DNA of 31,821 nt from a virus (taxonomy: Duplodnaviria; Caudoviricetes), in the IMG/VR virus record IMGVR_UViG_3300026484_000222, positions 1 through 31,821 of that record, one strand, 5' to 3'. Positions 1 through 9,541 of this stretch are shown piece after piece. A program made the position numbers and the translations under genes. The notes under the pieces were generated by a model. The model saw only the letters and a program-made list of their open reading frames with translations. It searched no databases and was not told where the DNA came from. Numbering within the stretch: position 1 is the first letter of the stretch; every line of letters starts with the position of its first letter.

Positions 1-2
1 TA

Positions 3-686
3 AAAATATATATTCAGGAATCAGAAGGGGGGTTATGGAGATTTTTTGCTAATCTTGTTGATTCTGAGCCGTTTTTTGCAACATCAACCGATAGAGTGTT
101 GGATTTTATGAGATATGCGCATTCGGTACCTATGACCGATAATTTTTACGAAGTGTATACGAATATGAGGAATATGCTCTCTTTCGGGTTTAAGGAAGAT
201 GAGATACCTTTTAACAAGGATATACCTCAATTTGTGTCATTTAGGATTAGAGCGCCATATTTCGTGTTTGCGCAGATAAGAACTCACGGGCAATTAACAC
301 AGATTGCTCAGTCTGACAGATGGAGCAAGGAAGATGAATATTGGCTTCCATCTGATATTGAAGAAAAATTTGAAGAAAGCGGAGTGCTACATGGAAGTAG
401 AGAAGATATTTTAAATCACCTATTGAGTTTACCTCCACTTAAAGCCCAGGAAGAGCTTAAAAAAGCAGGCTATCCTCTTGAAATATATCAGAGATGGCCA
501 AATCATATGAAGTTCAAAGAGTGGACATTAAGCGGATATATTGATGATGATAAATCTATCATGCATTTTCTACTTCAAAGAAAGGCGTATCCAGAATTAA
601 TCAAAGATAAAACCCAAGCTCAAACAGCTCAAATAGTAAAAATGATGAGAGAGTTGCTTGAGTGGTATATGGAGGAAAAACTATGA
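3..686 (+). CDS. thyX: Flavin-dependent thymidylate synthase ThyX-like, divergent; 5' end lies upstream of the window
   Basis: Frame open from nt 3. FRIRAPYFVFAQIRTHGQLTQIAQSDRW aligns with the ThyX F-x-I-x-x-P-x-F-V-x-x-Q-x-x-RHR-x7-S-x-R-Y region; C-terminal HFLLQR...TQAQTAQIV resembles the ThyX F-L-x-L-R...AQ-x-E-I helix. Confidence 0.7.
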   Translation, partial: KIYIQESEGGLWRFFANLVDSEPFFATSTDRVLDFMRYAHSVPMTDNFYEVYTNMRNMLSFGFKEDEIPFNKDIPQFVSFRIRAPYFVFAQIRTHGQLTQIAQSDRWSKEDEYWLPSDIEEKFEESGVLHGSREDILNHLLSLPPLKAQEELKKAGYPLEIYQRWPNHMKFKEWTLSGYIDDDKSIMHFLLQRKAYPELIKDKTQAQTAQIVKMMRELLEWYMEEKL

Positions 687-991
687 TTATTAAAGCGTAT
701 CAGGAATATGAAATTCCGGTAAGTTTTTTAAACGATGAAAAGCAGAAGTTTGAGTTGTTTGTTAAAGTGTATTGTGACAACGAAAAAACGGGAGATGAAA
801 TCATTGCTCATATTTGCAAACTGACAGCCGAGCACATTCAAAAAAAGGGAATAAATGTAACGATTGCCAGTTATTATAATGAACTGTTTGTGGGATTTGA
901 TGAATTCTTCACATTTAAAGCAAGAGATAAAGGCTCTCTTGCTGGTAATAATGTTCACATTCAAGTATTGCAAGGAGGATTTAATGGATAA
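683..991 (+). CDS. Hypothetical protein
   Basis: GGAGG at 671-675; ATG 683 overlaps the upstream TGA (ATGA). Confidence 0.75.
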   Translation: MIIKAYQEYEIPVSFLNDEKQKFELFVKVYCDNEKTGDEIIAHICKLTAEHIQKKGINVTIASYYNELFVGFDEFFTFKARDKGSLAGNNVHIQVLQGGFNG

Positions 992-1229
992 GGTAACTCC
1001 GAAACATTACGATATGAAAATAACACCAGTGGAGTTTATACTCGCAAACGATATACCGTTTTGTGAAGGGAATGTAATTAAGTATGTGTGTAGATGGAAA
1101 AACAAAAACGGTCTTGAAGACTTGTTGAAGGCAAGAACGTATTTAGATTTTTTAATTGAAGACGAAAGAAAAAGACTTCTTGAAAAAGAAAGGAAACACG
1201 ATGAGGAGGGTAATCTTTCTGGACGTTGA
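984..1229 (+). CDS. DUF3310 family protein (T7 gp1.7-like putative nucleotide kinase)
   Basis: AGGAGG RBS, ATG 984; PKHY...FCEGNVIKYVCRWKNKNGLEDLLKARTYL is the family signature. Confidence 0.9.
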   Translation: MDKVTPKHYDMKITPVEFILANDIPFCEGNVIKYVCRWKNKNGLEDLLKARTYLDFLIEDERKRLLEKERKHDEEGNLSGR

Positions 1230-1668
1230 CGGCGTCCTTAATACCTACGGAACCCCTTCCTCCTCTCTCGCCAACTGGAAATACATCGAAGAAGACCTTA
1301 CTAAAAATCTTGAATCTATCATAAAGAAAACCAACGCAGATATAGTTATATCTTCATCCTGGTGTGAAGAGGCTATAGAGCTTTTAAAAACGGTTAATTT
1401 TAAATATGTTGATAAGGTAATCGGTATAACTCCAAGGCAGAGAGAATGGAGAGGGGAGCAGATAATGCATTGGATTGAAGAAAACGCAGATATAAACAAT
1501 ATTGCATTTGTCGTAATTGATGACGAGAATTATGATATATGTGGAGAAGCGTGCTCTGTTATCCCGGAAAACAGATTTGTTCAAACAGATTTTAAAGAAG
1601 GGCTAACAGAAGAAAAAGCTGAAGAGGTAATTGAGAAGTTATTAAGGAGACAATATGACAAAAACTGA
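1201..1668 (+). CDS. HAD-superfamily hydrolase (HAD_SAK_2 / 'Swiss army knife RNA repair' type)
   Basis: IFLDVDGVLN motif I, IVISSSW motif II, RGEQI, FVVIDD motif IV, FVQT...GLT. Confidence 0.9.
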   Translation: MRRVIFLDVDGVLNTYGTPSSSLANWKYIEEDLTKNLESIIKKTNADIVISSSWCEEAIELLKTVNFKYVDKVIGITPRQREWRGEQIMHWIEENADINNIAFVVIDDENYDICGEACSVIPENRFVQTDFKEGLTEEKAEEVIEKLLRRQYDKN

Positions 1669-2578
1669 AAAAATATACAAATTAATAGAAGAATTTATAG
1701 AAAACGAAAACAGCTATTGGAAGATAGAGTGGATTAATAGTAGAGCATTTGCCGTATTTGATGAAGTTAAAAGGATTACTTTTGGGTATGGCTGCAAATA
1801 CGACATTATTATTAAAGGACTTGACCTAGAAGATAGAGATGAAATGTTTTCAATTCAAAAAGATTTATATGAGAGAATGTATGGGTACGAGGAAGTGGTT
1901 GATGAAAGTGAAAGGGATATAAATTTTATCAAAAACCATAAACCAGATGGTTATATAATAGCAACTAATTCTGATTCAGTATTGGATGAAGATTGGGCAA
2001 TTGACAGCATTGAAACATATGCATGGGATATATCTGAAGCTGAATTAGATTATTTTTGGAATGAGGGCGGTTTCGAAATAATGTGTGAGGATATAAATGA
2101 AATAGCCAAGAATACTGATTGTTACACTTATAAGGGTAAGAGGTGGTATGTAGTTCCTAAGTATGATAATGCGTATTTTGAATACGCTTTTTATAACGAA
2201 AATGGTGAACTGGAGTGGGAATCGTTTGACGGCTACGGCATTTATATGGTTCCAGAGGGAGAAAGTGAGAAAATTATTGAAATAATTGCTGATTGGAAAA
2301 AAAGCATGGAAATTAATTCTCTTCCAGATATTATATGGGATGAGATTAATGAAAACCATCTAGTTGAATCTATTGAAGAATTGGGCGTTGACTTGGATGC
2401 TATTATAGAGATATCTAATAAATTAACAAGCGACAACGAAATATGCAATTTACCTCTTTCCGAAATCAAAGAACTCATCAAATACGAAATTGTAAAAAGG
2501 GAGGGTGATTCGTTTTTTATAGAAATAGCCAGTGCAAAAAAGATATTCCCGGTTTTGAAAAAATGGTTAAAAAACTAG
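1655..2578 (+). CDS. Hypothetical acidic protein
   Basis: 307-aa ORF, AAGGAG RBS, D/E- and aromatic-rich. Confidence 0.8.
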   Translation: MTKTEKIYKLIEEFIENENSYWKIEWINSRAFAVFDEVKRITFGYGCKYDIIIKGLDLEDRDEMFSIQKDLYERMYGYEEVVDESERDINFIKNHKPDGYIIATNSDSVLDEDWAIDSIETYAWDISEAELDYFWNEGGFEIMCEDINEIAKNTDCYTYKGKRWYVVPKYDNAYFEYAFYNENGELEWESFDGYGIYMVPEGESEKIIEIIADWKKSMEINSLPDIIWDEINENHLVESIEELGVDLDAIIEISNKLTSDNEICNLPLSEIKELIKYEIVKREGDSFFIEIASAKKIFPVLKKWLKN

Positions 2579-3042
2579 GTATGGGCATTGAAAAAACATT
2601 TGTCCCCGGTACTTCTATAAAAATAGACGCTTTTATTAAACATGGGGAGGAATATCACATTTCATGGCTGGAGTTTCTGCTTGATGTATTTGACAAGCAG
2701 ATAGCATCTCCTGAAAAGTCGCTTAAAAGAATTGTTTTAGAGAAACTTAGAGAAATTCATAATAAGCTTTATGCTAGGTATTTAAACAGATTAAGAACGG
2801 AAGAAATATTAGCAAAAGCTGAAAAAGTATGTGTAACTTTTGAAGACTCTCTTAAAGGAGGAAATTGTAAAGCCGGGACAATGGCCTTTATTGAAAGACA
2901 CAAAATAAATACTCAAAAAGTTGAGTGTATAAACGGTAAAAAGTTATATGAGATGGCCAATTCTAATGAAAAAAGATATGTGCTAAATGCAATAAAGGCT
3001 GCTATAAAAAGAATGGAGGAAGAACAGAATGAAAGCAACTGA
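2563..3042 (+). CDS. Hypothetical phage protein (DS-x-x-x-GNC-x-x-GT-x-x-F motif); start may be 2581
   Basis: ORF continuity; DSLKGGNCKAGTMAF motif recalled from phage hypotheticals. Confidence 0.75.
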   Translation: MVKKLGMGIEKTFVPGTSIKIDAFIKHGEEYHISWLEFLLDVFDKQIASPEKSLKRIVLEKLREIHNKLYARYLNRLRTEEILAKAEKVCVTFEDSLKGGNCKAGTMAFIERHKINTQKVECINGKKLYEMANSNEKRYVLNAIKAAIKRMEEEQNESN

Positions 3043-3331
3043 AATCATGGTAAGAATAGACAAAATCACTAAAGATATTTTAATTATACTATTAGATGCT
3101 ACAGCCAATACAGGCAATTTGCCATATATTACTCTCAACGGTCCACTTGATGAGATAAGTCTGGAATATTACAGTAAACATACAAAAAAGGCTTCCGTTG
3201 CCGCTATAAATGAAGCTGTAGAGCATATAAAAAAAAGGTATGGTTGCGGGAAAGTGCTTGTCAGATATAGGTTGCCTGCTAATTTTAGAGATAGATTGTG
3301 GCCGGAATGGTCAAAAAACAAAACTGCATAA
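3029..3331 (+). CDS. Hypothetical protein
   Basis: GGAGGA RBS, overlapping start. Confidence 0.75.
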   Translation: MKATEIMVRIDKITKDILIILLDATANTGNLPYITLNGPLDEISLEYYSKHTKKASVAAINEAVEHIKKRYGCGKVLVRYRLPANFRDRLWPEWSKNKTA

Positions 3332-3341
3332 GGAGAATAAA

Positions 3342-3593
3342 ATGTCTATGATAAGAGAAGCTCTAACAAACGATATATTGGAAAGGTATGATAATGAAGA
3401 ATATTGGGATGAAGAAGTCGGTATAGAAGCTGCAAGAGAGGTAATTGCGCTTCCTTATGGTGACTTTGTAGATGAGGTAATGAAAATGACGCCATTTGAA
3501 ATAAACTTATTGCTTAGAGTATTGGAGCGTGAAAGCAACAATGTAAAAGACTGCAATAAAAAAATCAATTACTTGAAAAATTCAATTATTTGA
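3342..3593 (+). CDS. Hypothetical acidic protein
   Basis: AAGGAG at 3330-3335, ATG 3342. Confidence 0.75.
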   Translation: MSMIREALTNDILERYDNEEYWDEEVGIEAAREVIALPYGDFVDEVMKMTPFEINLLLRVLERESNNVKDCNKKINYLKNSII

Positions 3594-3603
3594 AGGAGGA
3601 GGT

Positions 3604-4110
3604 ATGAATGTATACGATATGTCTAATTTTGCAAATCTATATGAAACAATTTTAAAAATAAATGAGCGTTATAAAAACAAGGAGTTAACAGATGGAACTG
3701 ACGAAAAAGGTGCAAATGGATATTGGGATTTGGCTGGAGAACTTACCGGTTGGTATGATAATGCGCAAGATGTAATGTATAAAGCGTTAAAAAGCTTCTT
3801 TCTTAACAGAAAAATAAACGTAGATAGGTTCATTGAATTAGTGGTGGAAGCCAGAACTATAGCGCTTGTCGGAAAAATGAACAGTTTAGAGAAAGAAGGT
3901 GTTGTGTTTGAAAAGGTTGAGGTAGAAAAAACCACAACCCAATGGCTGATTTCAAATAAAGAAAACGGAGAGGTGATAGATGAAATATACGAAGAGGATA
4001 CATCTATTGTCGACACAATTACGAAAGGAACTTACAACACTTCAACCCTACCTGAGTTAATATTTGACAAAGCCGTATATAATATCGACTTGTCTAAACT
4101 GCAGGAATAA
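3604..4110 (+). CDS. Hypothetical protein
   Basis: AGGAGGAGG RBS, 168-aa ORF. Confidence 0.8.
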   Translation: MNVYDMSNFANLYETILKINERYKNKELTDGTDEKGANGYWDLAGELTGWYDNAQDVMYKALKSFFLNRKINVDRFIELVVEARTIALVGKMNSLEKEGVVFEKVEVEKTTTQWLISNKENGEVIDEIYEEDTSIVDTITKGTYNTSTLPELIFDKAVYNIDLSKLQE

Positions 4111-4172
4111 CAAGAAAAAAAAGATATATATAAAAGGGAAAATTTTTCCTAATAAAAACAAAAGGAGATACA

Positions 4173-4559
4173 ATGAATTTAGAAAAGATAAAAAATATGA
4201 AATCAATTTCTTTTAATGAATATTTTAATAACTGGAGCCCCAATGATGATGTAATTGCTATTAAAATGAATGAAGGGGATGCTTCTAATTCCACAGTGTG
4301 GCATCTTGATAAAGATTTGTTTAGCTATGAAGAATTCAGAAAAGAAGCGTCTGAAAATGATACGCTTCTCGCAGAAGTGGTTGCAGGAAATATGTTTGCG
4401 GAGGAATGTAAAGTAGATATGATGGTTGCTATGTCTGATAAAGATGAGTTGTATGTGGTCTTGAGTTCAAATCTCTTACCACCGGTTACTGTTGTTACAG
4501 GAATAATGTCTGTTTTAACTGAGCTGCTCAACAATATGGAAGAAGGAGGTGAACAATGA
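4173..4559 (+). CDS. Hypothetical acidic protein
   Basis: AAGGAG RBS, 128-aa ORF. Confidence 0.8.
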   Translation: MNLEKIKNMKSISFNEYFNNWSPNDDVIAIKMNEGDASNSTVWHLDKDLFSYEEFRKEASENDTLLAEVVAGNMFAEECKVDMMVAMSDKDELYVVLSSNLLPPVTVVTGIMSVLTELLNNMEEGGEQ

Positions 4560-5149
4560 GTTACACTATTTATTTGGATAATGAAATGCTAGATAGTCTA
4601 AGCAATGAAAATGTAGAAGTTGAATTTTTGGAAAAAGATGATGAAAAAATAATAAAGATATACGAGTTTGAGCAATATGTGCGTGATTTTTACAATGTGG
4701 AAGATGTTGATGCTTTTATTGCCGAAGCAAAGAAGAACGGGGATTTATCGGAAATACTTAATAATTTTAAAGAAAGCGATTACTGGGAAGAATATGTAAA
4801 TTCAAGATGTTATCCGATGTATAATATGCATTACGTGCTGCAAAGTAAAAACTGTAATTATGAAATGCCTTTGTTTCTTGAATTGGAAATACCATCAGTT
4901 ACGGTTAACAATATATTGGATTTGGAGGTTTGTGTTTTATCTCTTACGGGCTGCGGTATGGATTTTTCCGAAAGTTTAGAGCTTGCATATTATGTGTTTG
5001 ACGGAGTGAGTCCGTTTATGGATTCACATATTTATTATTTGGACGACAAACTTAAAGAGCTATTATTGTTCTGCCGTGAAAAAGTTAAAGAACAAGGCAG
5101 TGTGGCATTTACAGAAATAAAGAAAAAATGGAGGGAGATAAATGCATAG
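4556..5149 (+). CDS. Hypothetical phage protein (L-x-L-x-G-x-GMD motif)
   Basis: GGAGGT RBS, ATGA overlap; LSLTGCGMDFS...AY motif. Confidence 0.8.
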   Translation: MSYTIYLDNEMLDSLSNENVEVEFLEKDDEKIIKIYEFEQYVRDFYNVEDVDAFIAEAKKNGDLSEILNNFKESDYWEEYVNSRCYPMYNMHYVLQSKNCNYEMPLFLELEIPSVTVNNILDLEVCVLSLTGCGMDFSESLELAYYVFDGVSPFMDSHIYYLDDKLKELLLFCREKVKEQGSVAFTEIKKKWREINA

Positions 5150-5399
5150 ATATACCGTGTGTGCATTTAATGCCTCTGGAAATTCGATTGACGATATAGC
5201 AAGGCTTTTAAAAAAAGAATTTCTAGACTTGTGCGTTGAAGAAAAGAAGTGCAATGAGAAAAGGTCAATCTTTGTTGACCTTAATTGTGTCGATAACGCT
5301 TTTGATGTAATAACCTTTCTCAATAAACATTACATTATAGGCGATAATGAATTGTGCGAAATGCAATTATCCATGCCAGATTATTTAGAATTTTTTTAA
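5142..5399 (+). CDS. Hypothetical protein
   Basis: GGAG RBS, overlapping start. Confidence 0.7.
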   Translation: MHRYTVCAFNASGNSIDDIARLLKKEFLDLCVEEKKCNEKRSIFVDLNCVDNAFDVITFLNKHYIIGDNELCEMQLSMPDYLEFF

Positions 5400-5408
5400 G
5401 GAGTATTT

Positions 5409-6293
5409 ATGGAAAAAGAATTTGAAAAATTTGTAGAAAAACTTCAAGAAAAATATGATAATGGTGAAGTTATCACGGAAGAAAACGTAAAAGGATGGTC
5501 GGTAGACGATATAGTTTACGCCCTTAAAGAAATAGGTTTAATCGAATGGTGGTGCGAACATTACGGGGAACCTGGATACGAAGACCCTGAAAAAGAAATA
5601 CTTTTTGCAAACTGGAATATGGTTGAAAACCCAGTCATTGGAAAAATAACTGAAAATGGTTATGAAATAGAATGGAGCGATGAATGGGTGCAAAGCGAAG
5701 AGGGCTTGGCTTTCAGATGTGTAGCTGATGATTACGGATGGACGCCGTCTTATTATATAAAAGGTGGAGCAATATATTCTATAAAAGAAAATGAAGAAGA
5801 CTATATAAACGACACATTGTTAAACAATCCCGAAAAAGCGGCGCCTAGTTGGCTAGACCTAAGTAAATATGGTTTTACAAAGGTGGAGGAAAGCGATTCC
5901 GGTTGGTATGAATATTGCAAAAACAAACCTCCACAGGAGATAGTTGAAGAGAAAGTCGATGAAAGTGAAGATTTTGTATTTAAAATAGATGCAATGGGTC
6001 CTTGGTGTACAGAGTTTAGTCTATGGACAAGACCGAAAATAAGATTTGCAGGTGAAGATGTTGAATTAGTATGCAGTGACATTGACGATAGCGGTGAGAT
6101 AACTCAAGACTGGAAAGTAACAGGCAAAATCGTCGATAATGAAAAAGGTGAAGAGCATGATGTATATGCCATATTTAATGTAGTAAAACGAAATGGAACA
6201 ATCATTGATATGGCTTGCAAAGATGAAAATTTCGGTAGTGACTATGTTGATTTGCTAGAAGATGCTGAAAAATTTTTAAATAAAAAAATATAA
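5409..6293 (+). CDS. Hypothetical acidic Trp-rich phage protein
   Basis: AAGGAG RBS; ANWN...EWSDEW...YGWTPSY motifs. Confidence 0.8.
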   Translation: MEKEFEKFVEKLQEKYDNGEVITEENVKGWSVDDIVYALKEIGLIEWWCEHYGEPGYEDPEKEILFANWNMVENPVIGKITENGYEIEWSDEWVQSEEGLAFRCVADDYGWTPSYYIKGGAIYSIKENEEDYINDTLLNNPEKAAPSWLDLSKYGFTKVEESDSGWYEYCKNKPPQEIVEEKVDESEDFVFKIDAMGPWCTEFSLWTRPKIRFAGEDVELVCSDIDDSGEITQDWKVTGKIVDNEKGEEHDVYAIFNVVKRNGTIIDMACKDENFGSDYVDLLEDAEKFLNKKI

Positions 6294-6307
6294 AAAAAGG
6301 ACGAGAA

Positions 6308-6673
6308 ATGAAAAAGTTAATCGGATTATTGGTTTTTATTAGCGGTCTAATGGCGCAACAATATTATTGCGCTTCTGTCGAAATAGTAGATGCTGTCACA
6401 TTTAAAATTTTAAAGAAACTCACAAAACCAGAAATGAAAGTGGCAGTAATAGGTAAAGATAATAGTGTAATTTATGATGTGGAAGAAGTATATCATAAAT
6501 ACTCTGAAAAAGACGGGATAGAATATTACAAAAGCAAAAAAGGAAACATTATTGTTGCGGAAGAGCTGCCTTCTGGTAATTTGGCAATAATGTATAAACC
6601 TAAACAAGGTAATATATTCATTAAATATTTTTGCATGTCCAAAGAAAAAGTGGAAAAAAAGAGAGGAGAATAA
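6308..6673 (+). CDS. Putative secreted protein
   Basis: MKKLIGLLVFISGLMA-QQ resembles a Sec signal peptide; AAGGA RBS. Confidence 0.75.
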   Translation: MKKLIGLLVFISGLMAQQYYCASVEIVDAVTFKILKKLTKPEMKVAVIGKDNSVIYDVEEVYHKYSEKDGIEYYKSKKGNIIVAEELPSGNLAIMYKPKQGNIFIKYFCMSKEKVEKKRGE

Positions 6674-6910
6674 ATGCTGCTTTTTAAAACTAGACCTAAG
6701 CAGGAAACTACAATCGGGCAAACAAGAACAGTTATAAAATTTGCTTTCTTGCCCACAACAATGGATGATGGAAGCGTAATATGGTTAGAGAAATATCTAA
6801 CCGTTCAAAGATTTGGAGAATACGCTGATTTTGTAGGTGGTTCATATTTTGGGTGGGAAACAATAAAAAAAGAAAGAATAAGGAGAGATAATGAAGACGT
6901 TAAAAGTTAA
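6674..6910 (+). CDS. Hypothetical phage protein (FA-x-LP...WLE-x-Y motif)
   Basis: GAGGAG RBS; KFAFLPT...IWLEKY. Confidence 0.75.
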   Translation: MLLFKTRPKQETTIGQTRTVIKFAFLPTTMDDGSVIWLEKYLTVQRFGEYADFVGGSYFGWETIKKERIRRDNEDVKS

Positions 6911-7187
6911 TGTGCCGATTGCCGTATATAAAACTGTTATATTTAAAGTTAAAGTGCCTGAAGATGTTGATGTAGAAAAATTAAAAGAAGAAATAATTGA
7001 TGGCAGATATGATATTTTCGTAAACGGCGGAGGAGAATTGTTGGATAAGTGTGAAGTTACTGAAGTTGATGAATATATTAGAGATGTTGATTCTTCGGAA
7101 ATGTATGAAGAGGATATAACCGAGATTCAAAACGAGGAGAGCGAAAAATTAAAAAACAGAACAGGGTTTTCATCCTCAACGGTGTAA
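6891..7187 (+). CDS. Hypothetical acidic protein
   Basis: AAGGAG RBS. Confidence 0.75.
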   Translation: MKTLKVNVPIAVYKTVIFKVKVPEDVDVEKLKEEIIDGRYDIFVNGGGELLDKCEVTEVDEYIRDVDSSEMYEEDITEIQNEESEKLKNRTGFSSSTV

Positions 7188-7225
7188 AATAGAAATCATT
7201 AAAAAATTTGAAACAAGGAGAGCAA

Positions 7226-8149
7226 ATGTTTAAATTCAGAGGAATAAGCGAATCAAAAAAAGAAAAAGTATATGGATACTACGCTAAGTTTGAGGGTAAA
7301 GATGTAATAGTTACTCCTAGCAGCGATGTAATTCCCGTATTGCCCGATAGTGTCGGAGTATTTGTTGACGTAGACAGAAACGGAGATGAAATTTATACAG
7401 GGGATACCGTAAGTATGAAGCTGTTTGTTCCTAAAGGAGATGGGATTAAAACAGTTGACGGTGATTTTAAAGTAATTTTCAGTCCTTCAAACTATGGATT
7501 TGCAATAGAAAATCCCGAACTGGAAGACGGATTTATGACGCTAAGCAGTTTGCTGTATGGATTGTCTGAAAAAGCAGTATTGGTTAAACCAGAAAAAGAA
7601 TCTGCATATTCTGCGTTGTTTTTCTTTAAAGATGAATATCAAGATGATGAAAATGCAATTTATGCAGTTCTTAATTGGCTTGCAAAATTAATGGGGCATC
7701 AATGGGTTGAAAATATGAGCAAAAACATTGTAACGGGTATAAGCGGAGTAATTCAGATAAACTATCTTACTTTGGAAGAAATGAAAAAGATTGAAGCAAA
7801 TATGCCCGGTCCATTATCTAAGTATCTTAAAAGATACGGATTTTCTACCAAACCTAAAATTAGTTATCTAGATTTGACAGATATAATCCAAGGCGTAAAC
7901 AAAAATGCAAAAGAAGATGAATCCGATGCCTACGTAATAGAAGAGGTAAATGGATATAAGCATATTTTCAGTTTAAACGATTCAACGTCTTTGTGCGGAA
8001 AAGAGAAACTGGCTACCAAAAAAATGTATAAACCATGGGAAAAAATTGAAGGGTACAAATTGAGAGAATATGCTGCTGAACTAGCAAATGATGGAGTCAA
8101 CATTTGCCCAGACTGTGTGGTAGAGCTATATTATAACGGAGAGGAATAA
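7226..8149 (+). CDS. YopX-domain protein with C-terminal extension
   Basis: FKFRG...VYGYY...DRNGDEIYTGDTV YopX signature; C-terminal H...C...CPDC; AAGGAG RBS. Confidence 0.8.
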   Translation: MFKFRGISESKKEKVYGYYAKFEGKDVIVTPSSDVIPVLPDSVGVFVDVDRNGDEIYTGDTVSMKLFVPKGDGIKTVDGDFKVIFSPSNYGFAIENPELEDGFMTLSSLLYGLSEKAVLVKPEKESAYSALFFFKDEYQDDENAIYAVLNWLAKLMGHQWVENMSKNIVTGISGVIQINYLTLEEMKKIEANMPGPLSKYLKRYGFSTKPKISYLDLTDIIQGVNKNAKEDESDAYVIEEVNGYKHIFSLNDSTSLCGKEKLATKKMYKPWEKIEGYKLREYAAELANDGVNICPDCVVELYYNGEE

Positions 8150-8156
8150 TCCTCTC
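8139..8156 (+). terminator. Possible terminator hairpin
   Basis: GAGAGGA-ataa-TCCTCTC 7-bp stem over the stop codon; weak U-tail. Confidence 0.4.
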
Positions 8157-8198
8157 TGAACTAATTTTGTATATACATTATTATATAAGGAGAAAGAA

Positions 8199-8864
8199 AT
8201 GGAAACGGCAACTGTAACAACGCAATTATTTAAATTTGAATCAATGGAGGATTTCAATTTTCCTGCAGCTGAAAAAATAGTCGAAAATGAATGTGAGAGA
8301 ATAGAACAATGGTGGGATGCAGATTGGTTTAAGTATGATTTTGAGACAATTGCCAAAATTCTCGGTTTCAGTGTTGAGGATTTTAATTACACAGGTTTTT
8401 ATTCTCAGGGAGATGGAGCATGCTTTACAGGCATCTGGTCCAAACCGGATAAAGACCCGGTCGAAGAGATAAAAGATTACGCCCCTAAAGATAAAGTCCT
8501 CCATAGGCTAGCGAAAAGCGTTAAAGAAATCGACGAATGTTTAGAATGGGTTGAAATTGAAAGAGAGAGTTCACGTTATCACCATTCAAACACAATGTAT
8601 GTAAAAGACTGGGAGTGCAACGATAAATGCGGAAAAGAATATGATGAATGCGATGAAGAGGCCGAATTTGTATTAAGCATTGCAAAAGAACTTGCCGACT
8701 GGGCATATGAACGTCTTGAAGCGGATTTTAAGTATAGAACTTCTGAAGAGGCAGTTAAACAATACATTATTGAAGAAGGGGCATGGTGGGACTGCAACGG
8801 CAATAAATATTATGATATTCCAGAGGAAATTAAATGTACCGATGTTAAAAAGGACAAACAATGA
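8199..8864 (+). CDS. Acidic phage/plasmid protein of the GF-x-SQGDGA family
   Basis: YTGFYSQGDGACFTG, RYHHSNTM and C-terminal SEEAV motifs; AAGGAG RBS. Confidence 0.8.
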   Translation: METATVTTQLFKFESMEDFNFPAAEKIVENECERIEQWWDADWFKYDFETIAKILGFSVEDFNYTGFYSQGDGACFTGIWSKPDKDPVEEIKDYAPKDKVLHRLAKSVKEIDECLEWVEIERESSRYHHSNTMYVKDWECNDKCGKEYDECDEEAEFVLSIAKELADWAYERLEADFKYRTSEEAVKQYIIEEGAWWDCNGNKYYDIPEEIKCTDVKKDKQ

Positions 8865-8944
8865 ATTGCTCTCTGGTCTTGGAACTGCTTCTGGTCTTTG
8901 CCGGCTTTGTAATAGGATGGGTAATAAGTGATAGACTTTTTTAA
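8861..8944 (+). CDS. 27-aa single-TM peptide MNCSLVLELLLVFAGFVIGWVISDRLF
   Basis: AAGGA RBS, ATGA overlap, hydrophobic helix; below the ORF-track cutoff. Confidence 0.6.
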   Translation: MNCSLVLELLLVFAGFVIGWVISDRLF

Positions 8945-8983
8945 TTTTAACCCAAAAAACACCTAAGGAAAAAGGATAAAAAA

Positions 8984-9541
8984 ATGAAAATTTTTAAAGG
9001 AAAAGACTATTTCAAACAACAAAATGATAAATTTATCAATCACTATCTGATAGTGGATAAATATATCTATTTAAGTGCCCAGCAAAATGTAAATGAAAAA
9101 AGTTTATATGGATGGGAACTTGTTACATTACGTGGTCCTATGTTCAGATTTGAAATTAAAGTAGATTTAGATAGAGAGCCTAAAGACGTTAATGAGATAA
9201 GGCCTCTAGTTGATGAAATGATTAACACTATGGTTGAGCTTAAAAAAGTAGAATTTGAAAAAACATACAGAACTGTCAGTGTTGAATATGCCCAAAATCT
9301 GGGCTTTGCCAACGTTGACGATACGTTGTATCAAAAAGTTGTTGACGATGTTTGTATATATGCTTACGAGCACTCCAAAAACTGCGTCAGTTCTCCTACA
9401 TTCTCTGATAAACATTTATTGCCGGATATTGAGATAGCGTTAGGAAACTGGCTAAATTTAGAGAAATACGAAGATGAGGAAAAGAAAATCATTGATGCTG
9501 TATATAGATTAAAAGGAGTAAGAGATGAGATTTTTGTCTGA
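8984..9541 (+). CDS. Hypothetical protein
   Basis: AAGGA RBS, 185-aa ORF. Confidence 0.8.
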   Translation: MKIFKGKDYFKQQNDKFINHYLIVDKYIYLSAQQNVNEKSLYGWELVTLRGPMFRFEIKVDLDREPKDVNEIRPLVDEMINTMVELKKVEFEKTYRTVSVEYAQNLGFANVDDTLYQKVVDDVCIYAYEHSKNCVSSPTFSDKHLLPDIEIALGNWLNLEKYEDEEKKIIDAVYRLKGVRDEIFV

